Virus record (IMG/VR): IMGVR_UViG_3300038412_000035
Location: 3,628-67,627 of that record
Strand: one strand, 5' to 3'
DNA from: a virus
Lineage: Duplodnaviria > Caudoviricetes
Length of the DNA: 64,000 bases
Every line of letters starts with the position of its first letter. The first letter of the stretch is position 1. A model generated the notes under the pieces. It made no database searches and was not told the origin of the DNA. It worked only from the letters and a program-made list of their open reading frames with translations. This document shows positions 43,865 through 54,349 of the stretch, one piece after another. The position numbers and the translations under genes are program-made.

Positions 43865-45039
43865 TGGGTACAACTCCTGTTTGTACGATTGATTCGACAG
43901 GCATCCATCGCCCTTCCCTGGCGACAATCCTTGCTTGGTTCGTATCTCAGTTCCAATCAATCTATGGTGCAGATGCTTATCTCGGAAGCGATAGCATTGA
44001 TGGCGAGTGGATCGGCCTTCTTGCTTCGGCGGTTGATGATGCGAATGCGATGTGCGTTAGCACATACAATGCTTTCTCGCCATCCACATCACAAGGCACA
44101 GGTCTATCATCTGTCGTCAAGATCAATGGGTTGGCGCGCCTTGTTCCATCATACTCTACAGCGCCAATGTTGGCTGTTGGCGTCGCCGGAACTGTGATAA
44201 CGAGCGGCGTCGTGACTGATGAAAACAGCAATAGTTGGTCGCTGCCTGCCAGTGTTGTTATCCCGAACGCGGGGCAGATTGCTGTGACGGCAACTTGCCA
44301 AACAGCCGGAGCAATCACAGCCCAATCAGGAACAATCAATACCATATCAAATCCTCAGCCAGGATGGCAGAGTGCTACAAACACCGCCGCTGCAACTCCT
44401 GGCAATCCAGTTGAGACTGATGCTGGACTTCGTGTCAGGCAATCAAACTCAACAATGAATAGCTCAACAGCTATCCTCGATGGGATTGTTGGGGCTATCG
44501 AGGCTCTTCCTGGCGTCGCTCGCGCGAAAGGATATCAGAATACAGGCAATGTCCAAGACTCAAACGGCATCCCAGGGAACAGCATCGCTATTGTGGTTGA
44601 TGGTGGTGACGCAGCATCAATCGCCAACATCATCTGGGAAAAGAAGGGCGGCTGTGGGACATATGGATCAACCATAGAGACAATCACAGATGCCTATGGC
44701 GTTCCTCTGACTATCGCCTATTTCCCTGTCAAAGAAGTCACGACCACAGTCGCGATTACAATCAAGCAACTTCAATCATTCAGCACAAACGTCGTGGCTC
44801 AAATCCAGTCAGCCATCGCCGCTTACAACAATGCGGTTGGCATCGGCAACGGCCTTCAATACAACAGGCTGTTTGCTGCTGCTTATCTGAACGGTGCGGC
44901 GAATGGATCGACTTATGAGATTGTCTCGTTGGCTGTCGCTCGCGACGGTTTGACACCAACAGCAAGTGATGTATCAATCGCATTCAACGAGGCTGTATTC
45001 TCTGATACAACAGACATAGTTGTGACGGTTCAGCCATGA
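43864..45039 (+). CDS. Baseplate J-like protein
   Basis: G..G...ETD..LR.R; V.GGD. Confidence 0.85.
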   Translation: MGTTPVCTIDSTGIHRPSLATILAWFVSQFQSIYGADAYLGSDSIDGEWIGLLASAVDDANAMCVSTYNAFSPSTSQGTGLSSVVKINGLARLVPSYSTAPMLAVGVAGTVITSGVVTDENSNSWSLPASVVIPNAGQIAVTATCQTAGAITAQSGTINTISNPQPGWQSATNTAAATPGNPVETDAGLRVRQSNSTMNSSTAILDGIVGAIEALPGVARAKGYQNTGNVQDSNGIPGNSIAIVVDGGDAASIANIIWEKKGGCGTYGSTIETITDAYGVPLTIAYFPVKEVTTTVAITIKQLQSFSTNVVAQIQSAIAAYNNAVGIGNGLQYNRLFAAAYLNGAANGSTYEIVSLAVARDGLTPTASDVSIAFNEAVFSDTTDIVVTVQP

Positions 45040-45770
45040 GATCGACTAGCGATTATGTCGCCAAAATCCCGCCTCTCTATGCAGGCAAGCCGAAGTTTGT
45101 GGCGACCATTCAGGCATCAGTGTCTCCGCTTGCTGACATTCAGACATTCCTTCAATCACTGCCTGAGGCATTCGATCTTGATGCGGCAGTCGGCGTTCAA
45201 CTGGACGCCGTTGGGCAGTGGATTGGAAGGTCTCGCCTTATACCAATTCCAGTGTCTCAGCCTTGGTTTTCTTGGGGTGTGGCGAACAGAGGTTGGAGCC
45301 AAGCGTACTGGAAAGGTCAGGCAGTCCTCAGTGATTACCTTGACAGCCTTGATGATGATACATATCGCCGTCTTCTCCGCGCGAAGATCAAGGCCAACTA
45401 TCAAAATGGAACAATCGCTGACGCTCAGGCAGCGCTCGCTGAATTCTTCCTCGCGCCTACGCTCGTCTTCACGATGGATAGGACACAGGCAATTGGTTGG
45501 ATACCAAACACTCCAGCCATCCAGCAACGCACAGGCATGCAATGGCAGATCGGCGTAGCAAACAAAATCCCTGATCTTGTCTCGCTCGAAATCATCGCTC
45601 AGAACCTGATCCCTGTTCAACCAGCCGGTGTATATCTTGACATCAAGGTCATCACAGTCGATGGTACGCCATTGTTTGGTTGGGGGATAAGCAACGAATA
45701 CATCGGCGGCTGGGGACAAGGTTCCTGGGGTTCTGATCCCTCCTATGTAGCTCAAAACATCATCACGTAG
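45036..45770 (+). CDS. DUF2612 baseplate protein
   Basis: FDLD.AVG.QLD..G..IG.SR; LDD..YR..L.AKI. Confidence 0.85.
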   Translation: MRSTSDYVAKIPPLYAGKPKFVATIQASVSPLADIQTFLQSLPEAFDLDAAVGVQLDAVGQWIGRSRLIPIPVSQPWFSWGVANRGWSQAYWKGQAVLSDYLDSLDDDTYRRLLRAKIKANYQNGTIADAQAALAEFFLAPTLVFTMDRTQAIGWIPNTPAIQQRTGMQWQIGVANKIPDLVSLEIIAQNLIPVQPAGVYLDIKVITVDGTPLFGWGISNEYIGGWGQGSWGSDPSYVAQNIIT

Positions 45771-45778
45771 GATCAATC

Positions 45779-47338
45779 ATGGCAAACACAAACGATTTCG
45801 TCGCCTGGGCCATCGGCACAGGGGCCAACATCCTAACAGTGGCGAACTATCAGGCAGCCACAATCAGGCAGCAAGGCGCTCAGATCGGCATTGCTGATCC
45901 TCTCACATTCAACAATGCCATGCGTCAATCAACGTCCATTGCGGCGATGATTGCTCAGTTCACAGCCGATCATGGCCCAGGCAACGTTCAAGATAATGGC
46001 GATCTTGTCACCCTTGAATCGCAATTCGTCGCGGCGCTTACGCAGTTGATTGATTCAATTGTCACCCCATTGACTGGAACGTACTATCATTTTGGCGGAA
46101 CAGACACAGGCACTGCCAATCATTATGTTCTAGCCTCACCAAGCCCGGCCGTAGCGGCTCTGGTGATTGGTACAACGATCATCTTCAAGCCGGCGAACTC
46201 ATGCACAGGTGCGTCAGACCTAAATACCTCTGGTCTTGGCGCAGTCGCAATCGTTAGGCAGGATGGTTCTGCGCTTCAAATAGGCGACATCACCTCAACA
46301 GGCTTCCCTGTTGTTGCTTATGATGGAACGCATTGGGTGCTTATCGCTGTCCTTCAGACAGTCGCTGGCGTACCTGTAGCGACAACGACTGCTAACGGTA
46401 TCTCTCGCGAAGCAACCACGTCCGAGATGCAGGCCGGAGCGACATCAGGCTCTGTTCCGGCCTTCGCAACACCAGAAGGCCTGAAGCTGTTCGCGGATAA
46501 GCTGTGGACATATGTGGTTCGTGCTGGCGGCGCGACAGAGACAGCTTACAATGAGATGATCAACATCACAGCAGTGTCAACAGCTATCATTCAGCTGATG
46601 ACGCCTGTCGGTGTAAACTACGCTTACGAAATCAACAACTCATCGAGCGTCAATCAGACAATCACCACTCCTGCTGGCGTATTCAGCTTCTCATTCTGGC
46701 CTGGCTTCGGAACAAACACACTGACTGTTCCAGCAAACACCATGGTTCGTTTGCGTTCTGATGGAACGAACTGGGTTGTTCAGTGGATCGATGGCGCGGC
46801 GACTACCGCAGATTTTGGTTACGCTCGCCTCGCAAACGACGCCGAAGGAACGTCAGGCGTTACGAATGGCGCCAATGGCCCTTCGCCGGCTGTTATGACG
46901 CCTGAGCGTGTCGCTCTGTTCTTCTTTGCGAATGTCGCGAATACAACCACACGCGGCATCGCTCGCGAAGCGACGACAGCGGAGATGACTGCTGGTGCTA
47001 CGTCTGGATCTTCGCCGGCCTTCGTCACTCCTGAAGGTCTGGCTCTGTACAACCCATTCACCAGCACAGGCGTGGGTGCCATCGTCGCCGCTATCGCCTA
47101 CAGTGGCTTTTCTAACTTGGCAATCATCGGCGACACAGGGACGTTGTCTGGAGCCACATTAGGTGGACACATCCTCATAACATGGTCAGACGGCACAAAC
47201 CCTGTGCTTACGTTCTATGACACGCGATGGCTAACAGCTGGTGCCATCGCTGGAACGTGGAAGTTGATTAACCTATCTAGCGGCGACACTCTCAACAGCG
47301 ACACCACAGAACACTTCGTGCTTCAGCGCATCGCTTGA
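45779..47338 (+). CDS. Tail fiber protein
   Basis: MANTNDF..A...GAN..N...RQ....A N-terminus; internal AT..G..R.AT..TPE repeats. Confidence 0.8.
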   Translation: MANTNDFVAWAIGTGANILTVANYQAATIRQQGAQIGIADPLTFNNAMRQSTSIAAMIAQFTADHGPGNVQDNGDLVTLESQFVAALTQLIDSIVTPLTGTYYHFGGTDTGTANHYVLASPSPAVAALVIGTTIIFKPANSCTGASDLNTSGLGAVAIVRQDGSALQIGDITSTGFPVVAYDGTHWVLIAVLQTVAGVPVATTTANGISREATTSEMQAGATSGSVPAFATPEGLKLFADKLWTYVVRAGGATETAYNEMINITAVSTAIIQLMTPVGVNYAYEINNSSSVNQTITTPAGVFSFSFWPGFGTNTLTVPANTMVRLRSDGTNWVVQWIDGAATTADFGYARLANDAEGTSGVTNGANGPSPAVMTPERVALFFFANVANTTTRGIAREATTAEMTAGATSGSSPAFVTPEGLALYNPFTSTGVGAIVAAIAYSGFSNLAIIGDTGTLSGATLGGHILITWSDGTNPVLTFYDTRWLTAGAIAGTWKLINLSSGDTLNSDTTEHFVLQRIA

Positions 47339-47348
47339 GGAAATCAAG

Positions 47349-47984
47349 ATGACCATATCACTCATCACCAACTTACAATACGCCGACGCAGCAAACACAG
47401 CAATCATGTGTCAGGCTACCATCTCCGGCGAGCCTGGAACACATCCTTGTGTTCTGTCTAGTGAAGACAATGATACAAGGACAATGTTTGTTGCTGCCAT
47501 CTCAGGTAAGTATGGTCCAATTGCTTCATATGTGGCGCCAATCACGCCTCTTTCGACGTACGCTGCATTGGCTGCGAAGGCAGTATCTGATGCCGCAACA
47601 AGCATCGTCTCTCAGATAATGCCAGACCCTGCTCATCAAGCAGCATTCCAGAACGCAGCGGCGATCTTGAATGGTAATGGCGGAAATCCTCCGGCTTCTG
47701 GGCCTCTCTATTCGGCCTTCAATGCCCTCGCTGGCGCTTACGGCATGACAGCAGCGTCCTTCGCCAGCACAGTTATTGGCGCTCAGGCAGCAAGCATGTC
47801 ATTGGCTGCTCATGTCGCCGACTTCAATTCAGCGAACGGGAAAGCGGCGAATACAGCAGACATTGCTGCAGCAATCAATCAGTTTGAGACGGAAATCGGC
47901 CTTCTCGTGACCAGTCTCAATTCATCTCTTCCTGTTCCAATCACAGCACCAACAGCCATCGCCATAACAGGCATCAACAAGTGA
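47349..47984 (+). CDS. Putative tail fiber assembly chaperone
   Basis: Follows the fiber; N..Y.D.....I.C motif. Confidence 0.55.
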   Translation: MTISLITNLQYADAANTAIMCQATISGEPGTHPCVLSSEDNDTRTMFVAAISGKYGPIASYVAPITPLSTYAALAAKAVSDAATSIVSQIMPDPAHQAAFQNAAAILNGNGGNPPASGPLYSAFNALAGAYGMTAASFASTVIGAQAASMSLAAHVADFNSANGKAANTADIAAAINQFETEIGLLVTSLNSSLPVPITAPTAIAITGINK

Positions 47985-47988
47985 GGTT

Positions 47989-49728
47989 GTGGAAGTGACA
48001 CAGAGCCTCACAGCATATCTCAATCAAAGGTTCCAGTGGACATTCGGTGTGGCTTCATATGCTGCACTGTATCCATCAACCATAGCTGCTGCTGTGTGGC
48101 GTCTTCAGATAAGGCCATTTGAAGGATCGCCTGTTGTCCTGATGGACTTTATGACTGGCGGCTCTTCGCAGAACGCCAACCTAACAGCGACGTATTCTGC
48201 TGGGAATACATCTGTTGTATTCCGCGCGCCGACTTCTGTCATATCAGCGCTCGCTGCCGGCACGTACTATTTTGACTTTGGGTTTGTTCTTGCTGGGGCA
48301 GACTTTGAGAGGATTGATGGTGGAACAATCCAGTTCTTGCCTGGTGTTACTCTCGCTGGTGTGACTGGATCGCCTGCTGCGCCAATTGGCGCTGATGATA
48401 CGGCCATCAATCAAGCGCCGACATTCTCTCTATCAGCCACATTCACCTTCCCAATGACAATCTCGGAAGGCGGAACAGGAGCAATTACAGCAGCCGGCGC
48501 TCGCTCTGCCTTAGGTGCAGCAGGAAGCGGCGCGAATAGCGACATTACATCAATAACAGGCCTTACAACGCCGCTCGCCATCTCTCAAGGCGGAACAGCA
48601 GGGAATACAGCCGCAGCCGCTCGCGCCAGCTTAGGCGCAGCGGGAAGCGGCGCGAACAGTGATATAACCTCGATCACAGGCCTTACAACGCCGCTCGCAG
48701 TAGCTCAGGGCGGCACAGGTTCGAACACGCTGGCTGGTGTTAGGTCTGCTATTGGTGCTGCGGCAAGCGGCGCGAATAGCGACATTACATCACTCAGCGG
48801 ACTTTCAACTCCGCTCAGCCCAAGCCAAGGTGGCACAGGGTTGGCTCTTGGTGGCTTCAGCCGAAATGGAAATACAACCAAGTTCCAGACTGTAAGCGGA
48901 ACATTCACTGCTGGTCACGCAGCTTCATTCGATGCTAATAGCAATCTGGTTGATTCTGGATACAATGCTGCGCCGATCCCGACATGGTCTATCAGTGGCG
49001 GCCTTCCGTCAGCGATGGCTGGAACAAGCACAACAGCATCTATGACAATCAGCGGATGGCAAGCTGCTGATCAAACAGACACCGTCATGCTTTCAAACGG
49101 CAGCGTCTCGTGGGCCGTTGCCAATGGCAATGCTATCAATGGTTATGCTGGAGGAACCACTCTTCCTATCAATTCAACCATACACGTCTATGCCGTCAAT
49201 GGAACATCAGGCAATGGTGTCTATGCGACAGCAACAGCACCTGGTACGTTCGTTCCAGCAAGCGCTCCTGTTGGTTATCAATCATACTGCAGGAGGCTTT
49301 TCTCATTCTTGACTGATGGCGCTGGCGCTCCGCTTCCATTCACTGCTGAAGAAGCAGAAGGCGGATCATATCTCGCATATCTTACAGCCCCACAAACAGA
49401 TGCGAGCGCTGTTTCACCAGGGACAACCAGCCGAACTCTTTATTCACTCAGTGTCCCAACAGGTCTGAAGGTCGAGTGGCAAGGCCGCGCAATTTATTAT
49501 GCGAGCTACTCTGTTCTGTTTACATCTCCTGATGAAGCAGACATCGCTCCAGCAGCATACAACATAAACCCAGGCAATGACAATACATGGGCATCAGGCA
49601 CAGTTACTTGGATGAACAAGCGTAAGCTGATAACAAACACATCAGGCCAGCTTGGCATTAGAGTTGCTACTGCATCAGCTAACCTTTTCATATACACAAC
49701 AGGATGGGTTGACTTCCGACGCGCTTAA
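47989..49728 (+). CDS. Second tail fiber/spike-like protein with 40-aa tandem repeats
   Basis: GGTG..T...AR..LGAA.SGANSDITS repeats. Confidence 0.7.
   Translation: MEVTQSLTAYLNQRFQWTFGVASYAALYPSTIAAAVWRLQIRPFEGSPVVLMDFMTGGSSQNANLTATYSAGNTSVVFRAPTSVISALAAGTYYFDFGFVLAGADFERIDGGTIQFLPGVTLAGVTGSPAAPIGADDTAINQAPTFSLSATFTFPMTISEGGTGAITAAGARSALGAAGSGANSDITSITGLTTPLAISQGGTAGNTAAAARASLGAAGSGANSDITSITGLTTPLAVAQGGTGSNTLAGVRSAIGAAASGANSDITSLSGLSTPLSPSQGGTGLALGGFSRNGNTTKFQTVSGTFTAGHAASFDANSNLVDSGYNAAPIPTWSISGGLPSAMAGTSTTASMTISGWQAADQTDTVMLSNGSVSWAVANGNAINGYAGGTTLPINSTIHVYAVNGTSGNGVYATATAPGTFVPASAPVGYQSYCRRLFSFLTDGAGAPLPFTAEEAEGGSYLAYLTAPQTDASAVSPGTTSRTLYSLSVPTGLKVEWQGRAIYYASYSVLFTSPDEADIAPAAYNINPGNDNTWASGTVTWMNKRKLITNTSGQLGIRVATASANLFIYTTGWVDFRRA
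48457..48840 (+). repeat. 120-nt coding tandem repeat (3 units plus partial)
   Basis: Units start at 48457, 48577, 48697 and 48817. Confidence 0.85.
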
Positions 49729-49737
49729 CACGAAGGG

Positions 49738-50001
49738 GTGTATGATATGACAACGACAATCAAAGTCCAGTCTCACAACTATCCGGTTTTGGTTCGCACG
49801 ATTGATCGCTCGCGAACTGAGTTCCCGAATGCCACATCAGGAGGCAGCAAAATCAGTCTGTATACAGACAATGTAACAGTCGCAGAACAAGTCTTGTGGC
49901 CAGAGGATGGTGAGTGCTTCTTTCACTGCACCACATCTCGCACAATCGAGTGCATTGATCTCGAATATGATGATCCACGAGCAATCAGAAAGACAAAGTG
50001 A
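49738..50001 (+). CDS. Hypothetical protein
   Basis: ORF track, GGGG SD. Confidence 0.6.
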   Translation: MYDMTTTIKVQSHNYPVLVRTIDRSRTEFPNATSGGSKISLYTDNVTVAEQVLWPEDGECFFHCTTSRTIECIDLEYDDPRAIRKTK

Positions 50002-50039
50002 TTGGCTGATCACCAATCAAGCGATGAAGAGGAAATGAG

Positions 50040-51881
50040 ATGATGCGCAAGATATTCGCCGCTCTGCTCATGGCTGTTCTTACAGCTACAGCGGCAATCG
50101 CAACAACCATATCTGTTCCAAACACAGCATATGTCGATCTTGGCGCCGGGCCAGAGACTGTGACAGTCTCTGGTTACTCGATAGAATACATCATCTCTCC
50201 ATATCAGCCAATCACATCAGCGCGCGGCGTCGCGCTCTTCCCTGGCGATCCGGCTGTTCCTGTCCCTACAGGATATCATATGTGGGGTAAGGCATCTGGC
50301 GATAACGCCAGCACAGCCACAGCTACAGCAGGCATCATCCCAGCTACAACATTCGCTCCACCAAACTCAATCGCGGTTCGATCTGTGATTGGTGCGGCAG
50401 CGAGCGGCGCTAATACAGACATAAGTTCGCTGTTGGCGCCGTTTGTGTTTGTTGGTGCTGACGGAACAACGCAGTTTGCTATCCTGTATTCTCCTGGTGC
50501 TCAGGAATACATGACGTTTCAGGGCTCACAGGCAGGCGGTGGAGGAAGCCTCAACTGCATCTCTTCAATCATCAGCGCGAACGTCAATTGTAACATCACT
50601 GCGCTGAATAATGGCGTCATAAACTTCAGCGATGGCTGGGGTACAAACCTGTCTGTCCAGTCAGCGCATACCAACCAAGTTACCGCAAAGGGCGTTATCA
50701 CTGGCGGAGCGGCCGGCGCTTCAGCAGACTTCTCTTCCTCTGCTTACGGTACGCTCCCAACCATTGGTGGCTCTGTTCCTGTCGTTGCATCGAATGCTAT
50801 GACGCTTTATCCTCTGAACGTCAATGGCGATTTCGCATACGATCAGGTAAAGCTTGGAGCAGTCAACAACACAACATTCGGCCTTGCGGTCGATGGTTGG
50901 AGAGCAACTGCCTCTCAAGCAAGCAAGATCCAGTTCCAGCGAGTAAGCGCCACTATCAACGGTCATGCGCCATACGCTGAGGCTGTAACGACCGTCACTG
51001 GTTCTTACACGCCGCTCGCAGCGGACAGCTTCAGCATAACAACAAATCTCACTGGCGCTGATGCTGGCAATCTGTATGAAGGAACATCAAGCGCTCTTCC
51101 TCTTACAATTGACCTTTGCCTTTCTGCTTCAGGCATAACAGCACCATACACAGTTCCAGTTTATCTGAACAACAATAATGCTGGTTCGGCATTTCAATCA
51201 TACGTCCACAAAGTCACAATGTCGTCGCTTGCCTTAACATGCACGACATTCACCGTTCCTGGAGACGCGAGTGGTTCTTGGTATGGTCAGAGTTATCCTG
51301 ATTATCCTGGTCTGAAGATTGGCATTGACTTTGGTTCAGGATCAAACTTCTCAACTGCAACATTAGACAGCTGGCAAGCAGGCCAATATCAAACAACTTC
51401 AGGCGCAACAACGCTGGTTGGTTCTGCTCCTGGTTCTTGGATCAAGGTCGCATCTTTCCACGTTCGTCAAGGAAGCTGGTCAGCGCCTTACATCCCTCTC
51501 CCAGCTGATCTTGAGTTTCAGAGAGTAAGGTCTCGCTATTACAGCACTTTCGCGCGGCGCACAGCCCCAGCTCAGAATGTCGGAATAAACACCGGCGAGT
51601 GGCAATGGGCTGCTAAGGTGGCTGGAACTGGAGCAAACATAGTGACTGTTCCTCTCCCAAACTTCACTCTCGATGGGCAGGCCGGAACATTTGGTGAGAC
51701 ATTCTACAATCCCGCAGCGGCGAACGGCAACTGCCGCGATGAGACGCTCAGCCTTGATGGTGGAGTGCCAACTGTGATTGCTTACACGAGCTATTCAATC
51801 ACATTCTCATGCACAGGAAACGCATCAACTGTCGTCGGCGATAGGATGGGCATACACTTCACAGCAGACAGCGGGCTCTGA
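50040..51881 (+). CDS. Fiber-like beta-rich protein with predicted Sec signal peptide
   Basis: MRKIFAALLMAVLTATAAIA N-terminus; NGDF..Q..DGW..F.RV.SRYY fiber-like C-terminus. Confidence 0.65.
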   Translation: MMRKIFAALLMAVLTATAAIATTISVPNTAYVDLGAGPETVTVSGYSIEYIISPYQPITSARGVALFPGDPAVPVPTGYHMWGKASGDNASTATATAGIIPATTFAPPNSIAVRSVIGAAASGANTDISSLLAPFVFVGADGTTQFAILYSPGAQEYMTFQGSQAGGGGSLNCISSIISANVNCNITALNNGVINFSDGWGTNLSVQSAHTNQVTAKGVITGGAAGASADFSSSAYGTLPTIGGSVPVVASNAMTLYPLNVNGDFAYDQVKLGAVNNTTFGLAVDGWRATASQASKIQFQRVSATINGHAPYAEAVTTVTGSYTPLAADSFSITTNLTGADAGNLYEGTSSALPLTIDLCLSASGITAPYTVPVYLNNNNAGSAFQSYVHKVTMSSLALTCTTFTVPGDASGSWYGQSYPDYPGLKIGIDFGSGSNFSTATLDSWQAGQYQTTSGATTLVGSAPGSWIKVASFHVRQGSWSAPYIPLPADLEFQRVRSRYYSTFARRTAPAQNVGINTGEWQWAAKVAGTGANIVTVPLPNFTLDGQAGTFGETFYNPAAANGNCRDETLSLDGGVPTVIAYTSYSITFSCTGNASTVVGDRMGIHFTADSGL

Positions 51882-51883
51882 TC

Positions 51884-53032
51884 ATGATGACGCGAAGAGG
51901 CTTCCTCAAGTCTGTGAGCGCAGCAGCGTTGATTGCTGCATCTCCAATCGGCATGACAAACCCAGCTTCAGCAGTCGCATCAGGAACAATCTTTGGTGCG
52001 ATCCGGTGGGATGCCTGGTACGGGGCAAACGGTACTACAGGCAATGTTGAGAAGTTCGTTGAGGGATCACTGTCACGAAATGATTGGCACTCGCGCGCTC
52101 CATGGTTCTCAACTGTAAATGGACCAAACAGCATAACAATCAACGGCAACGCTCAGGCGAACATGGACCTGGAGTTGCAGGCAGCGAACGCAGCCGGAAT
52201 TCAGTATTGGGCATATGATATATATCCGACTGCGAGCGGCGTTCTTGACAACACAAGCGGGATGAACAATGCTTGGTTGTTACATCAATCAAGCACATAC
52301 AAGAACCTAGTCAAGTGGGCCATCCTCCTTCAAACACCTGCCAGCGTCTCAGCGATGGAGGCGATGAACGCTCAGTTCATCGCCTACATGCAGCAGAGCA
52401 ACTATCTTACAGTGCTTGGTGGTCGGCCTGTTTTCTTCTGGTTGACGTCTGCTAATCTGACGTCGGCGTGGGCGGCTGCGGTCACAGACCTTCGCACAAA
52501 GGCGACTGCCGCCGGCCTCGGAAATCCATTCATCGTAATGATGGTGACTCAAGATCCAACCAATAGCGCCACTATGGCTAGCTTGGTTGGTGCTGATGCG
52601 ATCAGCAGCTATGCGTTCTTCTCATATGGAACAGCAGCTTCATACATCAGTCAACTTGAGTCTTTCTGGACAACATCTCTTGGTATCGCAAACGCCAACA
52701 GCCTCCAGTACGTTCCAACAGTTCAGACAGGCGATGATACAAGGCCAAGGATTGAAGTTCCAACAATCGGATCAACAGGCATCCCATGGGCGAGACATTC
52801 ATACTATGCCCAAACTCCAACCAATGTTCAGGTGGTTGGAGAGATCACTGATGCGATCAACTTCGTGAAGGCCAATCCTACTGCCTGTGCTTCAACACTA
52901 ATCCTCGGATATTCATGGGATGAGTGTGATGAGGGCGGCAATGTCCTGATGCCAACAATTGGCGATCCTCCATCAGTCAACTATCCATACAAGAACGGGA
53001 TTGAGACATCACTCAGCGCAATCCTGCCATAG
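51884..53032 (+). CDS. Tat-signal glycoside hydrolase (GH99/GH71-like TIM barrel)
   Basis: TRRGFLK twin-arginine motif; AIRWDAWY, YWAYDIY, GRPVFF, YSWDE..EGG. Confidence 0.65.
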   Translation: MMTRRGFLKSVSAAALIAASPIGMTNPASAVASGTIFGAIRWDAWYGANGTTGNVEKFVEGSLSRNDWHSRAPWFSTVNGPNSITINGNAQANMDLELQAANAAGIQYWAYDIYPTASGVLDNTSGMNNAWLLHQSSTYKNLVKWAILLQTPASVSAMEAMNAQFIAYMQQSNYLTVLGGRPVFFWLTSANLTSAWAAAVTDLRTKATAAGLGNPFIVMMVTQDPTNSATMASLVGADAISSYAFFSYGTAASYISQLESFWTTSLGIANANSLQYVPTVQTGDDTRPRIEVPTIGSTGIPWARHSYYAQTPTNVQVVGEITDAINFVKANPTACASTLILGYSWDECDEGGNVLMPTIGDPPSVNYPYKNGIETSLSAILP

Positions 53033-53041
53033 GGGAATGTC

Positions 53042-53410
53042 ATGATTGTTTATGCTGTCACAGACGCCAACGGAAATGCCACTTCTATATTTGCTCGCCA
53101 GCAATCATTCCCAACTGTGGCGATTGATGACTCAGATCCAAAAGTCATAGCATTCAAGGCATCCATCGCGCCGCCAGCGACTTGTTTGCTGTGGCAACTT
53201 CAGGCAGTCCTTACGTCGGCGCAATGGACGGCAGTTCAGAACTACATCAACAATTCAGGCAATGCTTCTCTCATCGCTTTCGCCCAGCATGGATCCAACC
53301 AGATACCAGCTAACTCCACTACGCTCGCGGCAATCGCTCAAGCAGTCGGCATCGATCCTGCGACGCTTCCAGCGCTAGTCGCTCAGGCTTCGGCAATCGT
53401 CATACCGTAG
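53042..53410 (+). CDS. Hypothetical protein
   Basis: ORF track. Confidence 0.65.
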   Translation: MIVYAVTDANGNATSIFARQQSFPTVAIDDSDPKVIAFKASIAPPATCLLWQLQAVLTSAQWTAVQNYINNSGNASLIAFAQHGSNQIPANSTTLAAIAQAVGIDPATLPALVAQASAIVIP

Positions 53411-53419
53411 GAGGATACT

Positions 53420-53713
53420 ATGCAGCAGCTACTTGGACTCATGGCTCGAAAGCTGTATGCTGATCTCTCAATGCTCAGCTTCGTCATGGACTTTCTGACT
53501 TGGAAGTTGGCTGCTGCTATGATTACTGTCGGCTTCGCGATGTTCGTGTTTGGCATATCAAACACCAATATTGAAGCGCCAAGTCCAGATGATTTCGGCA
53601 ATCGCTTTATCTGGCCGGCAGTTGGGTCGTTTGCTATCGGCATCACAATCCTCCTGCTTAACATCGTGGTTGGGTTGTATCACATATACATCTTCATCTC
53701 AACTCGCGTGTGA
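53420..53713 (+). CDS. Two-TM membrane protein
   Basis: Two hydrophobic segments. Confidence 0.5.
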   Translation: MQQLLGLMARKLYADLSMLSFVMDFLTWKLAAAMITVGFAMFVFGISNTNIEAPSPDDFGNRFIWPAVGSFAIGITILLLNIVVGLYHIYIFISTRV

Positions 53714-53746
53714 AAGCAAACACACCAACTTCTCAGGAGATAAACA

Positions 53747-54349
53747 ATGACAAATCGGTTCAGGAGATATGCTGATGCTGCTCTCAAGGCAGGCTTCTTT
53801 GTTGGCTCTCTGATTGCCTTCGGTCTGCTTCTTACAGCTGCGCCAACGCATGCGGACTATACAGCTTTGAACTTCGGTCCATATATCACAGCGCCATCAC
53901 AACTTACATTGTCGAATGCTACTACAGCATACGGTTCCAATCAGCTAATAGCAAATAGCTCTGTCGCTGGTTCTGTGGTTGTTCCGAGCTTCACCAACAA
54001 TGGCGGAGTAGCAATTCGCATTCGATTGAACATCAACGACTCAACATCGACAGCATGGGGCAATGTACCAATCAACGTTGATTGGTGGTCAGCTGCGCCT
54101 ACGTTCACCAATGGTGATAGGGGTGCGTTCGCTGTTGCTACAGGATCAACCAAACACATCGGAACATTCTCTTGTACGATGAGTGCTGAGAATGGCGATG
54201 GTGTTTATGCCGAGTGCGCGCCTTCCGTCGGCAACGCAGTTGATATGGGTGGTTATTCGACCATCTTCTGGACTGCTGAGACGATGGGAGTCAGCGGCGT
54301 AACTGCAGCAAGCAAGACAATGACTTTGGTTGTTGAGGCCATTCCATGA
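53747..54349 (+). CDS. Predicted exported beta-sandwich protein
   Basis: Hydrophobic leader ending PTHA-D. Confidence 0.65.
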   Translation: MTNRFRRYADAALKAGFFVGSLIAFGLLLTAAPTHADYTALNFGPYITAPSQLTLSNATTAYGSNQLIANSSVAGSVVVPSFTNNGGVAIRIRLNINDSTSTAWGNVPINVDWWSAAPTFTNGDRGAFAVATGSTKHIGTFSCTMSAENGDGVYAECAPSVGNAVDMGGYSTIFWTAETMGVSGVTAASKTMTLVVEAIP

